Source: Octopus sinensis
Taxonomy: Eukaryota
DNA: 64,000 bases
NCBI RefSeq assembly: GCF_006345805.1
Contig: NC_042999.1
Location: 155,620,001 to 155,684,000, forward strand
Direction: 5' to 3'
How positions within the stretch are numbered: the first letter of the stretch is position 1; each line of letters opens with the position of its first letter. A model generated the notes under the pieces. The model was not told the DNA's origin. It saw only the letters and a list, made by a program, of their open reading frames with translations, and made no database searches. This document shows positions 1-12,444 of this stretch, piece after piece. The position numbers were made by a program, and so were the translations under genes.

Positions 1-519
1 AAAATCTATCACCCGGCCCCCTCCCACCCCTGAAACAATACCCCCTCCTCCTTGGGAGGTGACAACCCAAAATGAAGGCGGGCAGTATTGCAGTAATGTG
101 GTGTAAGGTTAAACTGGAATTTGCTCACACACCAGACTTTCTGTCGGGTATGTCATGTCCCTGATAAAGATTGGGGGAAATACATATGGTGGGGAGGTGG
201 GTAGATGACATTGCATGACAGGTGTCACCATTAGATGAGAGAGAGAGATCTACTCTTGTTGTAAACCCCTTCACTACCTGGGGTTCTGTAGTGTTAGATC
301 ACATTTCTCACTACACTACTGCTACCTTCATCACCGCCACCACCACCTTTTTCATTATTTTTACCTGAAAAATGACCCTCCTCTCTCCTCACTTTGTCAT
401 CATTGCCAACTATTTGTCTGGTTGTTCAAAATTGAGAAATAGCAGCTAAATTTCCCTCATATACAAGTTTCTTAGAATATACAGGTCATATTAGATAGTG
501 TAGTTCTCTGTCTCCTCCA

Positions 520-559
<40 letters not shown>

Positions 560-944
560 AAAAAATGAAGTTCGAAAATGCTGCTGTATTATACAATTTT
601 TAATTTTTATATATACATTATAACATGTTTCAGTTCCTGAAATGAACCTTATCAAAAAAAGTTATATATAAAAAGAGACAGCTCATGCCGTCAAACACAA
701 GAAATTCATTTATAATACACAACGGAGTCAGACATCTTATAGTTCATGTATAGTTGATATATACTTTGAAGTATATGTTCAAAGTGTTCGATGCAGTGGC
801 CCACGGTGGCGATACGTATTCAATACAAAAAACAGATCAAAGTGGTGGAAAGCGGTCAATACAGAAGATTGATGTTTCCGAAAGAGCGAGGAATTCATTT
901 TTACCTTAAGCAATTGTGATGACCCATGGTGGAAGTTCGCTGGG

Positions 945-947
945 TGG

Positions 948-1006
<59 letters not shown>
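945..1006. repeat. (TA)n(CA)n compound microsatellite, representative of dozens in the window
   Basis: Direct reading. Other examples: (TA)n at 525-555, 1459-1502 and 4925-4985; (CT)n at 10680-10709; (TATG)n at 35335-35369. Confidence 0.95.
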
Positions 1007-1009
<3 letters not shown>

Positions 1010-1176
1010 CACAGGAGTGGCTGTGTGGTAAGTAGCTTGCTTGCCAACCACATGATTCCAGGTTCAGTCCCACTGTGTGGCACCATGGGCAAGTGTTTTC
1101 TACTATAGCATCGGACCGACCAAAGCCTTGCGAGTGTATTTGGTAGACAGAAACTGAAAGAAGCCCATCGTGTATG

Positions 1177-1235
<59 letters not shown>

Positions 1236-1454
1236 ATATATATGTGTGTGTGTATGCCTGTGTTTGTCACCCCCCCCACCATCGCTTGACATCTGATGTT
1301 GATGTGTTTACATCACCATAACTTAGTGGTTTGGCAAAAGTGACCGATAGTATAAGTACTAGGCTTACAAAGAATAAGTCCTGGGGTTGCTTTGTTTGAC
1401 TAAAGGCTGTGCTCCAGCATGGCTGCAGTCAAACGACTGAAACAAAACAATAAA

Positions 1455-1457
<3 letters not shown>
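1007..1457 (+). mobile_element. tRNA-derived SINE family A, full length, with internal (TA)n(TG)n
   Basis: Head GGAGTGGCTGTGTGGTAAGTAGCTTGC..GGTTCAGTCCC (A/B boxes), tail ...CAGTCAAA(C/T)GACTGAAAC. Further copies or halves at ~5420-5722, 6265-6470, 7190-7530, 14855-15020, 17530-17665, 19810-19990, 21270-21410, 22755-23095, 24480-24640, 25495-25610, 33510-33680, 36400-36560, 48530-48750 and 55100-55825. Confidence 0.85.
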
Positions 1458-1508
<51 letters not shown>

Positions 1509-1526
1509 CACACACACACACACGCG

Positions 1527-1743
1527 GAGCGGCAGATGTAACACCCTTTTTGCATTAAATAGCTTTTATAGCATATAAATGTTTATTAAGTAATTCTTTT
1601 ATTGAACACAAATTTATTGCATTACTTAAAGAAACGAATAATAAACTAATGGAAAAAATTGCAGAAGTTTTAGGAAATAACAAAGATATTCAATTCGGAA
1701 CTAGAAAACTCGAATACAAAATTGCGTTACTTCTGCCGCACTG
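1527..1743. mobile_element. Tc1/mariner-type MITE
   Basis: Inverted repeats GCGGCAGATGTAAC (1529-1542) and GTTACTTCTGCCGC (1726-1739). The right end reads CAGTG on the minus strand. Confidence 0.55.
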
Positions 1744-1787
1744 GGTTGGTCTCAAAAGGGTTAAGAATTGTTTATTATATATTTTAA

Positions 1788-1987
1788 CCCTTTTGTTAGC
1801 ATATTTCTGTTGAGATGCTCTGTGTTTCTTTCAATTAATTTTAAATATATCTTGAGAATTTAGTAAAATCACTTAGGTATCATTAAGCTAGTGTTAGGAA
1901 CATAGATTGTGACTAAGGTTAGGTGGAAGATTTTAATCCAGAAAACAAGAGCCAGAGGTGGTTTCAGGCGGGTTGGTAACGAAAAGG
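1788..1987. mobile_element. piggyBac-type MITE, family 1
   Basis: TTAA-CCCTTTTG...GAAAAGG-TTAA, with TTAA TSDs at 1784-1787 and 1988-1991. Confidence 0.75.
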
Positions 1988-3544
1988 TTAAGATTGACCT
2001 TAACATTAAGTGTTAAGTTCCATCTTACTTGAATTCCCAGTTTTTTGTTAAGTGCCCAGGCTGTTTCTTCATATAAAAGGACTGACTCTACAGTTGTGTA
2101 AACTAAAGCATTATAAAGTATAGAGTGCTATCTAAATACAGATGTAAACATCTACAATAAGCATATGAATGCAAGACTTTATTGCTAATAGCCCAGTATT
2201 ATGTTAATTTTGTCATTTTTTTTCTCTAATATAAGACTATGATGAAGAAGGAAGCTCTATGAAAGAGAAGGGGAGGAGTACTGCACACAGCATTAGAGTA
2301 ATTTTGTTAACAAATCTCAGTGGGAAACTTATTTGGATTATGTTTAACAAATATAAGTTGAATATAGTTTTTAACAAAGGATAGTTACAGAGAAATATTG
2401 CAACTGGGACCTGCTTAAGTAGAATATGATAGACATCTTGTACAAATTAAGAATATTAAGGAATATGATTCCATTAACCATTTTTTTAAAGAATCTGAAG
2501 TATTATATCCATCAAATATAACAGTGAAAGGTTATGAACTCTTTGTAGAAGCCTGAAGATTGTATAAACACGTGTGTGTGAATGTATATATGGGTGTATA
2601 TATCTGTGTGTGTGTGTGTGTGTGTATGTATATATATAAGTAGGAAGGCAGACAAACCACAAATCCCTTCAGGTAGATGGCCCTGCTAGAAAAGGCGTAG
2701 GTAGAAACTCCATAAGATGTACCAGTGTAAACTATGGACACGTAAGAGGTGCAGCAGTATCAAAGGAAGGCTAACTGGGAAGACAGCATGGAAAGCAGAC
2801 GTTTAAACAATGATGATGATATATATCATCATCATTTAGTGTCTGCTTTCCATGCTAGCATGGGTTGGACAGTTCAACTGGGGTCTGTGAAGCCAGAAGG
2901 CTGCATCAGGCCCAGTCTGATCAGGCAGTGTTTCTACGGCTGGATGCCCTTGCTAACGCCAACCACTCCGTAAGTGTAGTGGGTGCTTTTTACGTGCCAC
3001 CCGCACACACATATATATATATTCACTCATACACACATACACAATTGTCATGATGATAATGCTTATTGAAGCAGAAATGCATGGCCATGTCTCTCTTATC
3101 TCCAGACAATAAATCTGTTTCCTTTTCCTTAATGGAATGTCAGTTTTGGAGAATTCTTGAGATTATTTCCTCTTTTCATGGGTTGGACTGTTTGACAGGA
3201 TTCACTGGGTCTGAGGACTGCATCATGCTTCACTCTCTATTTCAGCATGTTTTTATGGATGGATACCACACACTGGGTGTTGTTTTCATGCCACTCACAC
3301 TTGGGGTTCATAGTCCTGAAACTCACCGGACTATGAACCCCAAGGAAGGTGGGGGAGCAGATTTATGTTAGGGGATGAAGGGTTAAAGTATGAGAGAGGA
3401 TAGGAAGTAGAGCAGGTTCTTGTAGAGGATCTGCATGACTACTCGTTTGTGTGTGTAGCTTCTGTCATATCATATATAGAGCATAGGGTGTCTATTATAT
3501 AGTTTAGCAAATGTAGAAATGTTTGTGTGTTGATACCTAAACCT

Positions 3545-3890
3545 TGGAGCACATTTTCTGTAGCCTCAGAGAGGGGTGCTATAGCTGGAGGTGTGGCCTA
3601 GTCTTGAATTTCATAGCAGACAACATTTGCAGATACCAGCTGCCAGGTCCACCTCCCTGGACTTACTTGCAGCAACAAAAAGATGGAGTTGGAAGTTGAT
3701 TGGAGAAGCAGCTGAAATTCCCCAAAAATTTTAATCTCAACGTCACTAAAGCCAGATATGATGCTGATCTTAGAAGCATCCAACCAGGTGCTTTTCTGTT
3801 TGAATTCTCCATTCCCTGGCAGAACCAATTTCAGGAGGTGAATGAGAATAAGAGAATTAAACACACTGACCTGGTAGAGCTATAATGAAG
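3545..3890 (+). mobile_element. HERO-clade non-LTR retrotransposon 3' fragment (zinc knuckle plus RLE endonuclease)
   Basis: Across frameshifts reads TLEHIFCSL..EGCYSWRCGLVLNFIADNI ... LEKQLKFP.ILISTSLKPDMMLILEASNQV.LFEFSIPWQNQFQEVNENKRIKHTDLVE. This follows the HERO pattern LEHILSSC..EGRY.WRH..VL / QLKFP..I..T.LRPD..L.S...ELTVPWE...K..KY. Confidence 0.75.
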
Positions 3891-4943
3891 CAGCCGATGG
3901 CAAGCATAGTGTAATTCCATTGAGCTGGTATGCAAAGGCTTTGAAGGTTAGTTCTTCAGAAGAGCCTACAATATGTTGGGCATCAGAAGAATTAATAAGC
4001 ACGGTGCTGTCAAGTTGGTTGTGGAGCACCACCTTGGGGTGGTTGGCATTAAGAAGGGCATCCAGCCATAGAAAACTGCCAAATCAGACTGGATCCTGGC
4101 GCAGCCTTCCAGTGTGCCAGCCTAGTCAATCGTCCAACCCATGCCAGCATGGACAAAAGACGGTAAATGATGATAATGATATATATGACCTTTTGAACTT
4201 GTTTCTCCATGAAGAGGGATAAATTTGAAGCATGATCTAGAAGATAGCTTCCTGCAATGATATGTAAGCAAACAGAAGGACCAACTGTTAACCTGTGTTA
4301 TCTTGTGGTGACCTATTGGGGTGGGGGTGGGGTGTAGGGACTGGTAGTTGTGTGTGTAATATAGTGTTGGGAGAGGAGTTGAGGATAGTGGTGTGTGTTA
4401 GTGTGAAAGAAAGGAGGAGCTTTCTCTTGACTCCTGTTATTAACCTTTTATTATCTAGTTGTGATCTATGGTGGTGTTGTGTGTCATAAAAGAGGGGAAG
4501 AGCTGAGGGTGGCTTTGAGTGTGTGTGTGAGTAGGAGGGGAGCATACAAAGGTGGGAACGTTCTGTCTTATCTAGTCTACCCTTTACTGCATTCCTTTTA
4601 ACTAATCTCCTGCATTCTGCTTCTTTGATCACCTGTCTGTCTCACTCACACACACACATGGCTTTTTTCTGCCCTTTTCTCTCTCCCTTTTCTCTCTGTC
4701 CTCTATCTCCGAATCTGTCTTTATGACTTCTGATATCTGGGGCTGGCTCCTTCAATGAAATGAGAAGTATGTTAGAAGGCTCAGATTCTCATGTAACACA
4801 TACACAAAGATTATTTTCATGGACTGTGGATTTGGTGGTCTATAACAGGTGGGGGAACTTTTTAGTGTGGTGGGCAAAAATTTCCAAAGAAAAAGGTCCA
4901 GAGGTGGATCACAAGTTCTAACTCTTATACTTGTGTAAATCTC

Positions 4944-4987
<44 letters not shown>

Positions 4988-5456
4988 GTATAATTTGATT
5001 TACATTAATAAAGATAAGTTTACCACATTAAATTAATGTGTAACAGCTTTGTTAATGCCACCACTGAATTTAAGACGTTTATATTACTCATGAGGTATTC
5101 TGTATTTTTCAGCTAGAGTGTAGTTGAGTATCAAGGGGGTGATGCAATTGTGGCTGCAGGCAGGGGTTTTCCCACCCCTGGTCTATGACCTTCATAAACC
5201 CGTTTCACACATTGGTCAGATTGATGTGGTGATGTTTAGTGACAACAACTTCAATAACTCATCTCAGTGGGAATTGAATGTAGAAGACAATTGTCCAGGG
5301 AGGAAGGAGTGGGGACTGTCTAGCAGAAGGGCGACAACAGATAGATAGCAAGAAAGGGAGAGTCGGTTGAACTTTGGTGAAAGTAGTATGCGACTCCTTA
5401 GCTTCGAGGAGCAGAGTGGATTTGGCAGACGGAAACTGGAAGAAGCTCATTGTGTG

Positions 5457-5501
<45 letters not shown>

Positions 5502-6759
5502 GTATTTGTGTGTCTATGTTTGTCTCCCTGCCATCGCTTGACAACTGATGCTGATGTGTTTATGTTCCCCGTAACTTAGCAGTTTGGCAAAAGATACTGA
5601 TAGGATAAGCACTAGGTTTACAAAGAATAAGTCCTGGGATTGATTTCTTTGACTAATACTCTTTAAGGCGGTGCTGCAGCATGGCCACAGTCAAATGACT
5701 GAAACAAGTAAAAGAATAAAAAACATATATATATATGATATGATTGTATAGAGTACTTTCATCTCTTTCTTTGTGACTTGCTAGAAATAGCAATCAAATA
5801 TCATTCACACCACTACTACTTGGAAGAATTCACATAACTACTTGGGACAGTTCTATAGTGCAACACACACCACTCCTCTTTAGTCATCTCTTATTTCATG
5901 TCTCAGACCCTTAGATCAAATCTCTCCACTTCTTAATATCCTTCCTTGGTCTTCCTATTTCATTGTTTTCATATCTTTCTGATTTTTAAGTTAAGTTAAT
6001 TTTTTGGCTCGTCCCCCTCCCCCTTCTCTTTCTGGGGAGGAGGGATAGTAAACCAAGTACCTGTAAGATACTTTGTTTCTTTGTAGATCTATATTGCTTC
6101 TCCCCACCCCACCATTTTTATTGTACCTAAAGTAAAAGAGTTCACTGTTTAGTGTCATCTGGGGGTGGGAGTGGTGTCAGTCACACAATTGTTAGTATAA
6201 GGTGAAGATGAGTGCAGAAATGTGTGTGGGAGTGTGTATGTATGTATATATATATATATATTTATATATCCTTTTTTATTTGTTTCAGTCATTTGACTGC
6301 GGCCATGCTGGAGCACCGCCTTCAGTTGAACAGATTGATCCCAGGGCTTATTCTTTGTAAGCCTAGTACTTTATTGGCCTCTTTTGCCAAACCGCTAAGT
6401 TATGGGGACATAAACACACCAACATTGGTTGTCAAGCGATGGTGGGGGGACAAACACAAACACATGCACACACACACGTGTGTGTGTGTGTGTGTGTGCA
6501 TCACTGAAACAAGTAAAAGAGTATATTTAGGAAGGGCATCCAGCCATAGGAACCATGCCAGATCAGACTGGAACTTGGTGCAGCTCTCTGGCTTATGAGT
6601 TCTAGTCAAACCATCTGATCCATACCAGCATGGAAAGCAGATGCTAAATGATAATGATGATGATGATGATATATATATATGTGTATATATGTTTCACATA
6701 TTTGTGTGTGTGTGTGTGTATGTGTGCGATTATATATAAAATCGTGTCTGCACATGCAT

Positions 6760-6960
6760 GCACGCACGCGCACACATAAAATAGGGTTTGCCACATATGG
6801 CAGATTTATGGCTATTGTGCATTGTGAGATTGAACAGGTGAGGTGTAAGGTGTAGTAGCAGCAGCAGCTATGAAAGGGGCCCAAAGTGTAAGGTAGGATA
6901 AATGAATGATGGGGCGGGGCGTGGTGTATCCTGCGTACTGGTGTGGCCTGCTGTTTTATT
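6760..6960 (+). promoter_or_regulatory. Candidate RBIS promoter or non-coding first exon
   Basis: Non-repeat island with a CAG|GTGAGG donor at 6838, tandem GC boxes GGGGCGGGGCG near 6911-6921 and several CpGs. The RBIS ATG exon has an acceptor, so an upstream exon is expected. Confidence 0.3.
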
Positions 6961-8520
6961 ACTGGACATCAAAAGATTTGATTTATTTGACCAGTGGAGG
7001 AGTGAAATAATTCACTTTTGGTCATGCCCCCTTATTAAATATTTATAAATTATTGTGGCTGTTGTTATAGTTGTTTAACCCTGGGTCGGCTCTGATCTCA
7101 CAGACCTATTATAACCATGATCATCCAGTCTTATTTAAATAGTGAATCTTGGATTACATTATCAAATCTTTTTATCTTTTATTTATTTTTTGCTTCAGCC
7201 ATTAGACTGTGGCCATGCTGGGGTACTGTTTTGAATAATTCTACTTGTACGAATCGACCCCAGTACTTTTTTTTTAATGCCTTGTATTTATTCTATTGGT
7301 ATCTTTTGTGGGCCTGTTAGGACACCAACACTGGTTGTTAAGTTGTGATGGGGGACAAACACCCATACACACACAATGGGCTTCTTTCAGTTTCCGTCTA
7401 CCAAATCCACTCAAGGCTTTGGTCATCCTGAAGCTATAATAGAAGACGCTCAGCCAAAGTGCCATGCAGTGGGACTGAACCTGGAACTATGTAGTTGGGC
7501 AATAAACTTTTTACTGCAGGGCCATGCTTGTGAACTTCCTTTTTTTGTGTTGGTTAACCCCCTCAACCAGACAGACATCATAATTGTCATGTTTTAATGT
7601 TGACTTTTCCATACTGACATGGATCAGATAAAACTCATTGAAGCAGATTTTCTATGGGAAGATGCCTCTCCTGTCACTAACCCTCCATTGTTTCCAAGCC
7701 AGGCATGGTTTCATGTCAGATTGGAAACTAACGACATTAGTTGCATGACAGTGACGCTCATTTGCACCTACCACATGAGCTGAAGAATACTGAAACAAAC
7801 ACACGCACGTGAAGGGCTTCTTTCAGTTTTTGTCTACCAAATCCACTGACAAGACTTTGGTTGGCATGTCACTATAGTGGAGGACATGTGCCAAGGTGCC
7901 ATGCAATGGGACTGAAGCCAAATCATGTGATTAGGAAGCAGACTTCTTAACCTCACAGCCACACTTGCACCTCATCATCACCATAATAATAATAATAATG
8001 ATGATGGAAGCAGAGTGGTTGATTCCTTTTGAGCATTGGGCCTCACGAAGGCAAAGTGGGTGAGTTCCTTCTGAGTGTTGGGTCTTCCAGAGGTAAAGTG
8101 ACTGAATTCCTTTTGAGTGTTTGGCTTCACGGAGGCAATGACCAAGACCTTTGTGCTTGAGAAGAAGACCCATCAATCTGAGCAAAGTCGCAGTCGTGGA
8201 AGTGCTGGTGGCACGTAAAAGCGCCCATTACACTCTCGGAGTGGTTGGCGTTAGGAAGGGCATCCAACCATAGAGAACTATGCCAAATCAGACTGTAGTC
8301 TGAAGCAGCCTTCCAGCTTACCAGCCCTGGTCAAACAGTCCAATCCATGCCAGCATGGACAACAGACGTATATGATGATATGATGATTATTGTTATATAG
8401 ACATCTGAAACAATTAACATTAAACCTTGTCTCATTCTCTCTCTCTCTCTCTCATTCTTTGACTCACTCTCTTTCTCTCTTTTATTAACTTTAGGTTCTT
8501 GTAGCTGACTGAGAACAAAC

Positions 8521-8622
8521 ATGGGTAAACACAAACACAAGAAGAAAAATCGAGTGATGGTTCCAAATAAGTCTGGTGTTCGGAAAACTTCTACGAAACC
8601 TGTAACTACAAATCTGAAGAAG
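8521..8622 (+). CDS. RBIS: Ribosomal biogenesis factor (C8orf59-like), coding exon 1: MGKHKHKKKNRVMVPNKSGVRKTSTKPVTTNLKK
   Basis: ATG at 8521 lies 16 nt after an acceptor (CT-rich tract, TTGTAG ending 8504). 34 codons, then donor AAG|GTAAAA at 8623. KPVTTNLKK matches the conserved RBIS motif as I recall it (vertebrate AKPVTTNLKK). Confidence 0.88.
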
Positions 8623-8646
8623 GTAAAACAAATTCGATCACTTTAA

Positions 8647-8869
8647 CCCTTTTGTTATCATACTTCTGTTGAACTACACTGTTGTTGTTTCAATTAATTC
8701 TGAAAATAATGAAGAATTTAATAAAATAACTTTGTCATTATGAAGCTGATGTTTGGAAATCTAATTTAAAATGAAATTTTGATGGAAGGTTTTAATTGAG
8801 ATTAATTTAAAACAGGAAGTTTGTGTCCTACAATCAGGATCAGTCTCAGGTGGTTTGGGGTCCAAAGGG
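8647..8869. mobile_element. piggyBac-type MITE, family 1 (RBIS intron)
   Basis: TTAA-CCCTTTTG...CAAAGGG-TTAA with the same interior as 1788-1987. Confidence 0.8.
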
Positions 8870-10675
8870 TTAATAATTCAACAAATAATGGAGGAGTTAA
8901 ACAGCAGCTACATTAGCTCACTCAGATTGTGATAACACCTCCAACACATGACAGCATGGAAAGCAGATGTAAAATGAAGATGATGATGGTATCTATACTA
9001 TTAGCATCACCTGTAAAGGGAATATTTAGAATATATCTATAATCCTAATGTCATCTATACAGTTTATATATATGTATGTATGAGATCTATTCCATCTCAA
9101 TCACAGATTTTTTAATTAATTTTTTCAACTAAATAGTTTGAAACTTCAAATACTGGTAGATTTTCACACATAGAACACAGTCTACTCTGAACATTTTTGA
9201 CAAAATATTGTATTTTAGAAGTTATTTCATGTTAACGTTGTCGTATTTGGGTAATTTCAACCAATCAATGACGTGTATTCGGTTGAAGAAAGCTACTGCT
9301 GTTTGCTATAGTAATCAGAGGAACAACTTCCGGGTCATCTCTACTAAATGTCACCACTCTGTTCTATTTGTATAGCAAGCAAAGATGATGTCATGTCACC
9401 TTTATCCTTTCTTCTTTTCTAGTCAGCACCATGCATTCTTTACTCTTTCCCTCCCTTCTACACTATCATGTATGTAAGGCTCAAAACACTGCCCTCCCAG
9501 CTGAAGGGGTTTTTGCCTGATGATGAATTTACTTGGTGACCCTGTCCATGCTGGTGCCATGTATAAAGCACCCAGATGCATTAGGAAGGGCATCCGAAAC
9601 CATGCCAAAACAGACTATGGAACCTGGTGCAAGCTCCTGGCCTTGCTAGCTCCAGTCAGATTGTCCAACGCATGCCAGCATGGAAAATGGACGTTAAATG
9701 ATATCTACACTATTAACATCATCTATAGTGTGTGTGTGTGTGTATATAGTAAATCCAAAAAAAAAAACAAAACCAAAGAACAAACAGAAAAAAACAACAA
9801 CGCAAGGACGTTACAGTATTAGCAGATGCTCATATATATATATATATATATATACATACATACATACACATATACATACAGTATTTCTATGTGCACTATT
9901 AGCCTTGTCTATATAGTGTATATATTTTTAATATTTAGAAATACACTATGATTGACATCTTTGGAGTGTGTAAATCTTTACCTTATATTTATCTACAGTG
10001 TTAACCTCATCTATACAGTGTATCATCTTCATATACACCCCTGTCACTTCCACCATTTCTGCCACCACCACCATCGTCATCATTATAACCACTACCATCA
10101 TCACCATCTGTTTTTTCCCATTGCTTACATATTTGCCATACATATGTGGTGAGTAAAATATTTATTGCTTCGAACCAGACACCTCTTTCCTTCTATTCAG
10201 ATCCCATAAGATATTGATTTTTTAACAATCAAAATGAATTGATCTTATCAGGCCTGATTTGAAACCTGATTGCTAACATGACTAAGCTCTACTGATACAG
10301 TGCATACAGTTGTCTCTTGTGAAGAAGCCAGGGAATCTTAGATGAGTTTAGGAGTATCGGGTACAAACCCATGGATAATATGTCCCGCATTGTCAGTGAA
10401 GCAAATCTGAAGATCTCACCACAAGCCATGTTGAAGTTTTTGGTGAAATTAATATCTCTGATTTGTAATCCAGATTTTGTGAATGTAGAGGGGCGTGGAG
10501 AAAGAGAAAGAAATAGAGAGAGTGTGTGTGTATATCTCTTGTGAATGATCCTGGGTGTGTCTGTCTTTACTCTCTCTGTCTCTCATAAAACATATCTATA
10601 CATGTATACACATATATCTGTAATTTTAGCTGTAACAGAGAAACAGGAATTAATAACATTTATCTATTCTGTCTC

Positions 10676-10713
<38 letters not shown>

Positions 10714-11414
10714 AGTGACTCTCTATTACAATAACACCAGTAACAAAACTTGTGAAGTACTGATTGTTTGTTTGATAGGGACCGTCGCGTAGAACAATTG
10801 AATTTACTCAACTCCACCCTGCTGTGGCTGTTTTTTGTTGCAAGAGAGTTTCTTTTGTTGTGGTTGCAGTTGTATTGTTCAGTGTCTCGGCAGTCTTTGT
10901 TGAAGTAGAGCTTGGCTATGAAACCAATCTGAGCTCTTATCGGCCCAGCCCATTTAGATATAAGCAGGTACCGTGTTGATGTACACTGTAAGCAGAGGGA
11001 GCACTATATCATTGTCAAGCTTTCAAATCCTGCTGTGGGATCCATCTGAAGGAGATCGATAATTCCTTACCTGAAGTGGAAATGACTTGGTGCATATGTA
11101 TATATATATGTACCGGTGGCAAGTAAAAAGCACCATTCAAGCGTGGCTAATACCAGTGCTGCTTAGCTGGCACATAAAAGCGCCATTCGAGCATGGTTCA
11201 TGCCAGTAATGGCTACTGTGCCGGTGGCACATAAAAGCACCTGCTACACTCTTGGAGGAGTTGGCGTTAGAAAGGGCATCAGCTGCATATACCTTGCCAA
11301 AACAGATTGGAGCCTGGTGCAGCTTCCTGGCTTGCCAGTTCTCAGTCAAACTGTCCAACCCATGCCAGCATGGAAAGCAGACGTTATCCGACGACGATGA
11401 CAGTGATGATGATG

Positions 11415-11463
<49 letters not shown>

Positions 11464-11589
11464 GTCTGCCTTCTTACTCACCATTCCCATGGCTCAGGAT
11501 CATTGCCTACTCTCTGTTCTGCTTTCCCTCTGTTACAGAGGTCACTTAAGAGCTTTAGCCTTTGTGAGACAATCATCATAAGTGTTGGT

Positions 11590-11882
11590 GCAATGGAAAA
11601 AGTACCCAATACATTCTGAGTTCATTACACTGCACCACATTGTGTCCTTGAGCAAGACACTTTATTTCCTGTTGCTCCAGTCTACTCAGCTGGCAAATAT
11701 GAGTAGTGCCTGTATTTCAGAGACCCAGCTTTGTCACATTGTCACGCTGAATCTCCCCTGACGCTACATTAAAGGTTTGCATGTCTGTACAGTGCTCGGC
11801 CACTTTCATGTTTATTTCATGAGCAGGCTGTTCTGTTGATCAGATCAACTGGAACACTTACCGTAACCAACAAAGTGCCAGT
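11590..11882 (+). mobile_element. SINE with a family C core and a family D tail
   Basis: 11640-11705 matches the family C core and 11706-11880 matches the family D tail. Confidence 0.65.
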
Positions 11883-12248
11883 TATCCTTCCATACATACA
11901 TAGTTACATATATGCATATATATATATATATGTGTGTGTGTGTATATATATATATGACTTTAAGAGTCCCTCCTAGCGTGTGGCATCTATGTGTAATAGT
12001 GCCCTCTATATAATATAAATAAATAAATTTAAAGGAAAAAAAATTGGTCTTTTTTTCTCTTATGAGGTTTTTCACGCTAACTACTTGATAAATTCTTATG
12101 AAGATTTTATCCTATTTTTAAATTGTATATATATATATGTATATATATAATTATCCATGCTTTTTACTAAGACTTTGTTTTGTTGAATTTACTTGAAAAG
12201 TATTTTTGTTAGAATATGAAATTAATGTTGTTGTTCTGTTTGTTCCAG

Positions 12249-12350
12249 TTGGTCAACAAAGCCAAAACACAGACTGATTCCATGAATGAGAACATAGATG
12301 TGATGCGTTCCATTATGCTGCAACAAAAGACAGAAACACTGAAGCCAAAG
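12249..12350 (+). CDS. RBIS: RBIS coding exon 2: LVNKAKTQTDSMNENIDVMRSIMLQQKTETLKPK
   Basis: Acceptor TGTTCCAG| after a T-rich tract, donor AAG|GTGAGA, 102 nt, phase 0-0, open and in frame with exon 1. Confidence 0.85.
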
Positions 12351-12444
12351 GTGAGAAAATACTTTCAATGTTAGTCAGAATCTTGAATCTTAGTTGAAGT
12401 TGTAACAGAACTAATGCCTTCAGATTCTACATAGAAGTGATATC

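Noticed and set aside
1007-1090. tRNA-like heads of SINEs as tRNA genes
   Set aside because: They lack a complete cloverleaf and are always followed by the SINE body.
779-1292. ORFs rich in CVCV/YIYI/HTHT (also at 6212, 11137, 19583, 23518 and elsewhere)
   Set aside because: They are translations of dinucleotide microsatellites and SINE bodies.
4288-4632. 114-aa minus-strand ORF
   Set aside because: Low-complexity H/T/P-rich translation of GT-rich degraded repeat-like DNA. It may be an old retroelement, but I found no diagnostic motif.
9946-10152. His-rich or Val/Met-rich ORF pair
   Set aside because: It derives from a degenerate (CAC/CAT)n trinucleotide tract.
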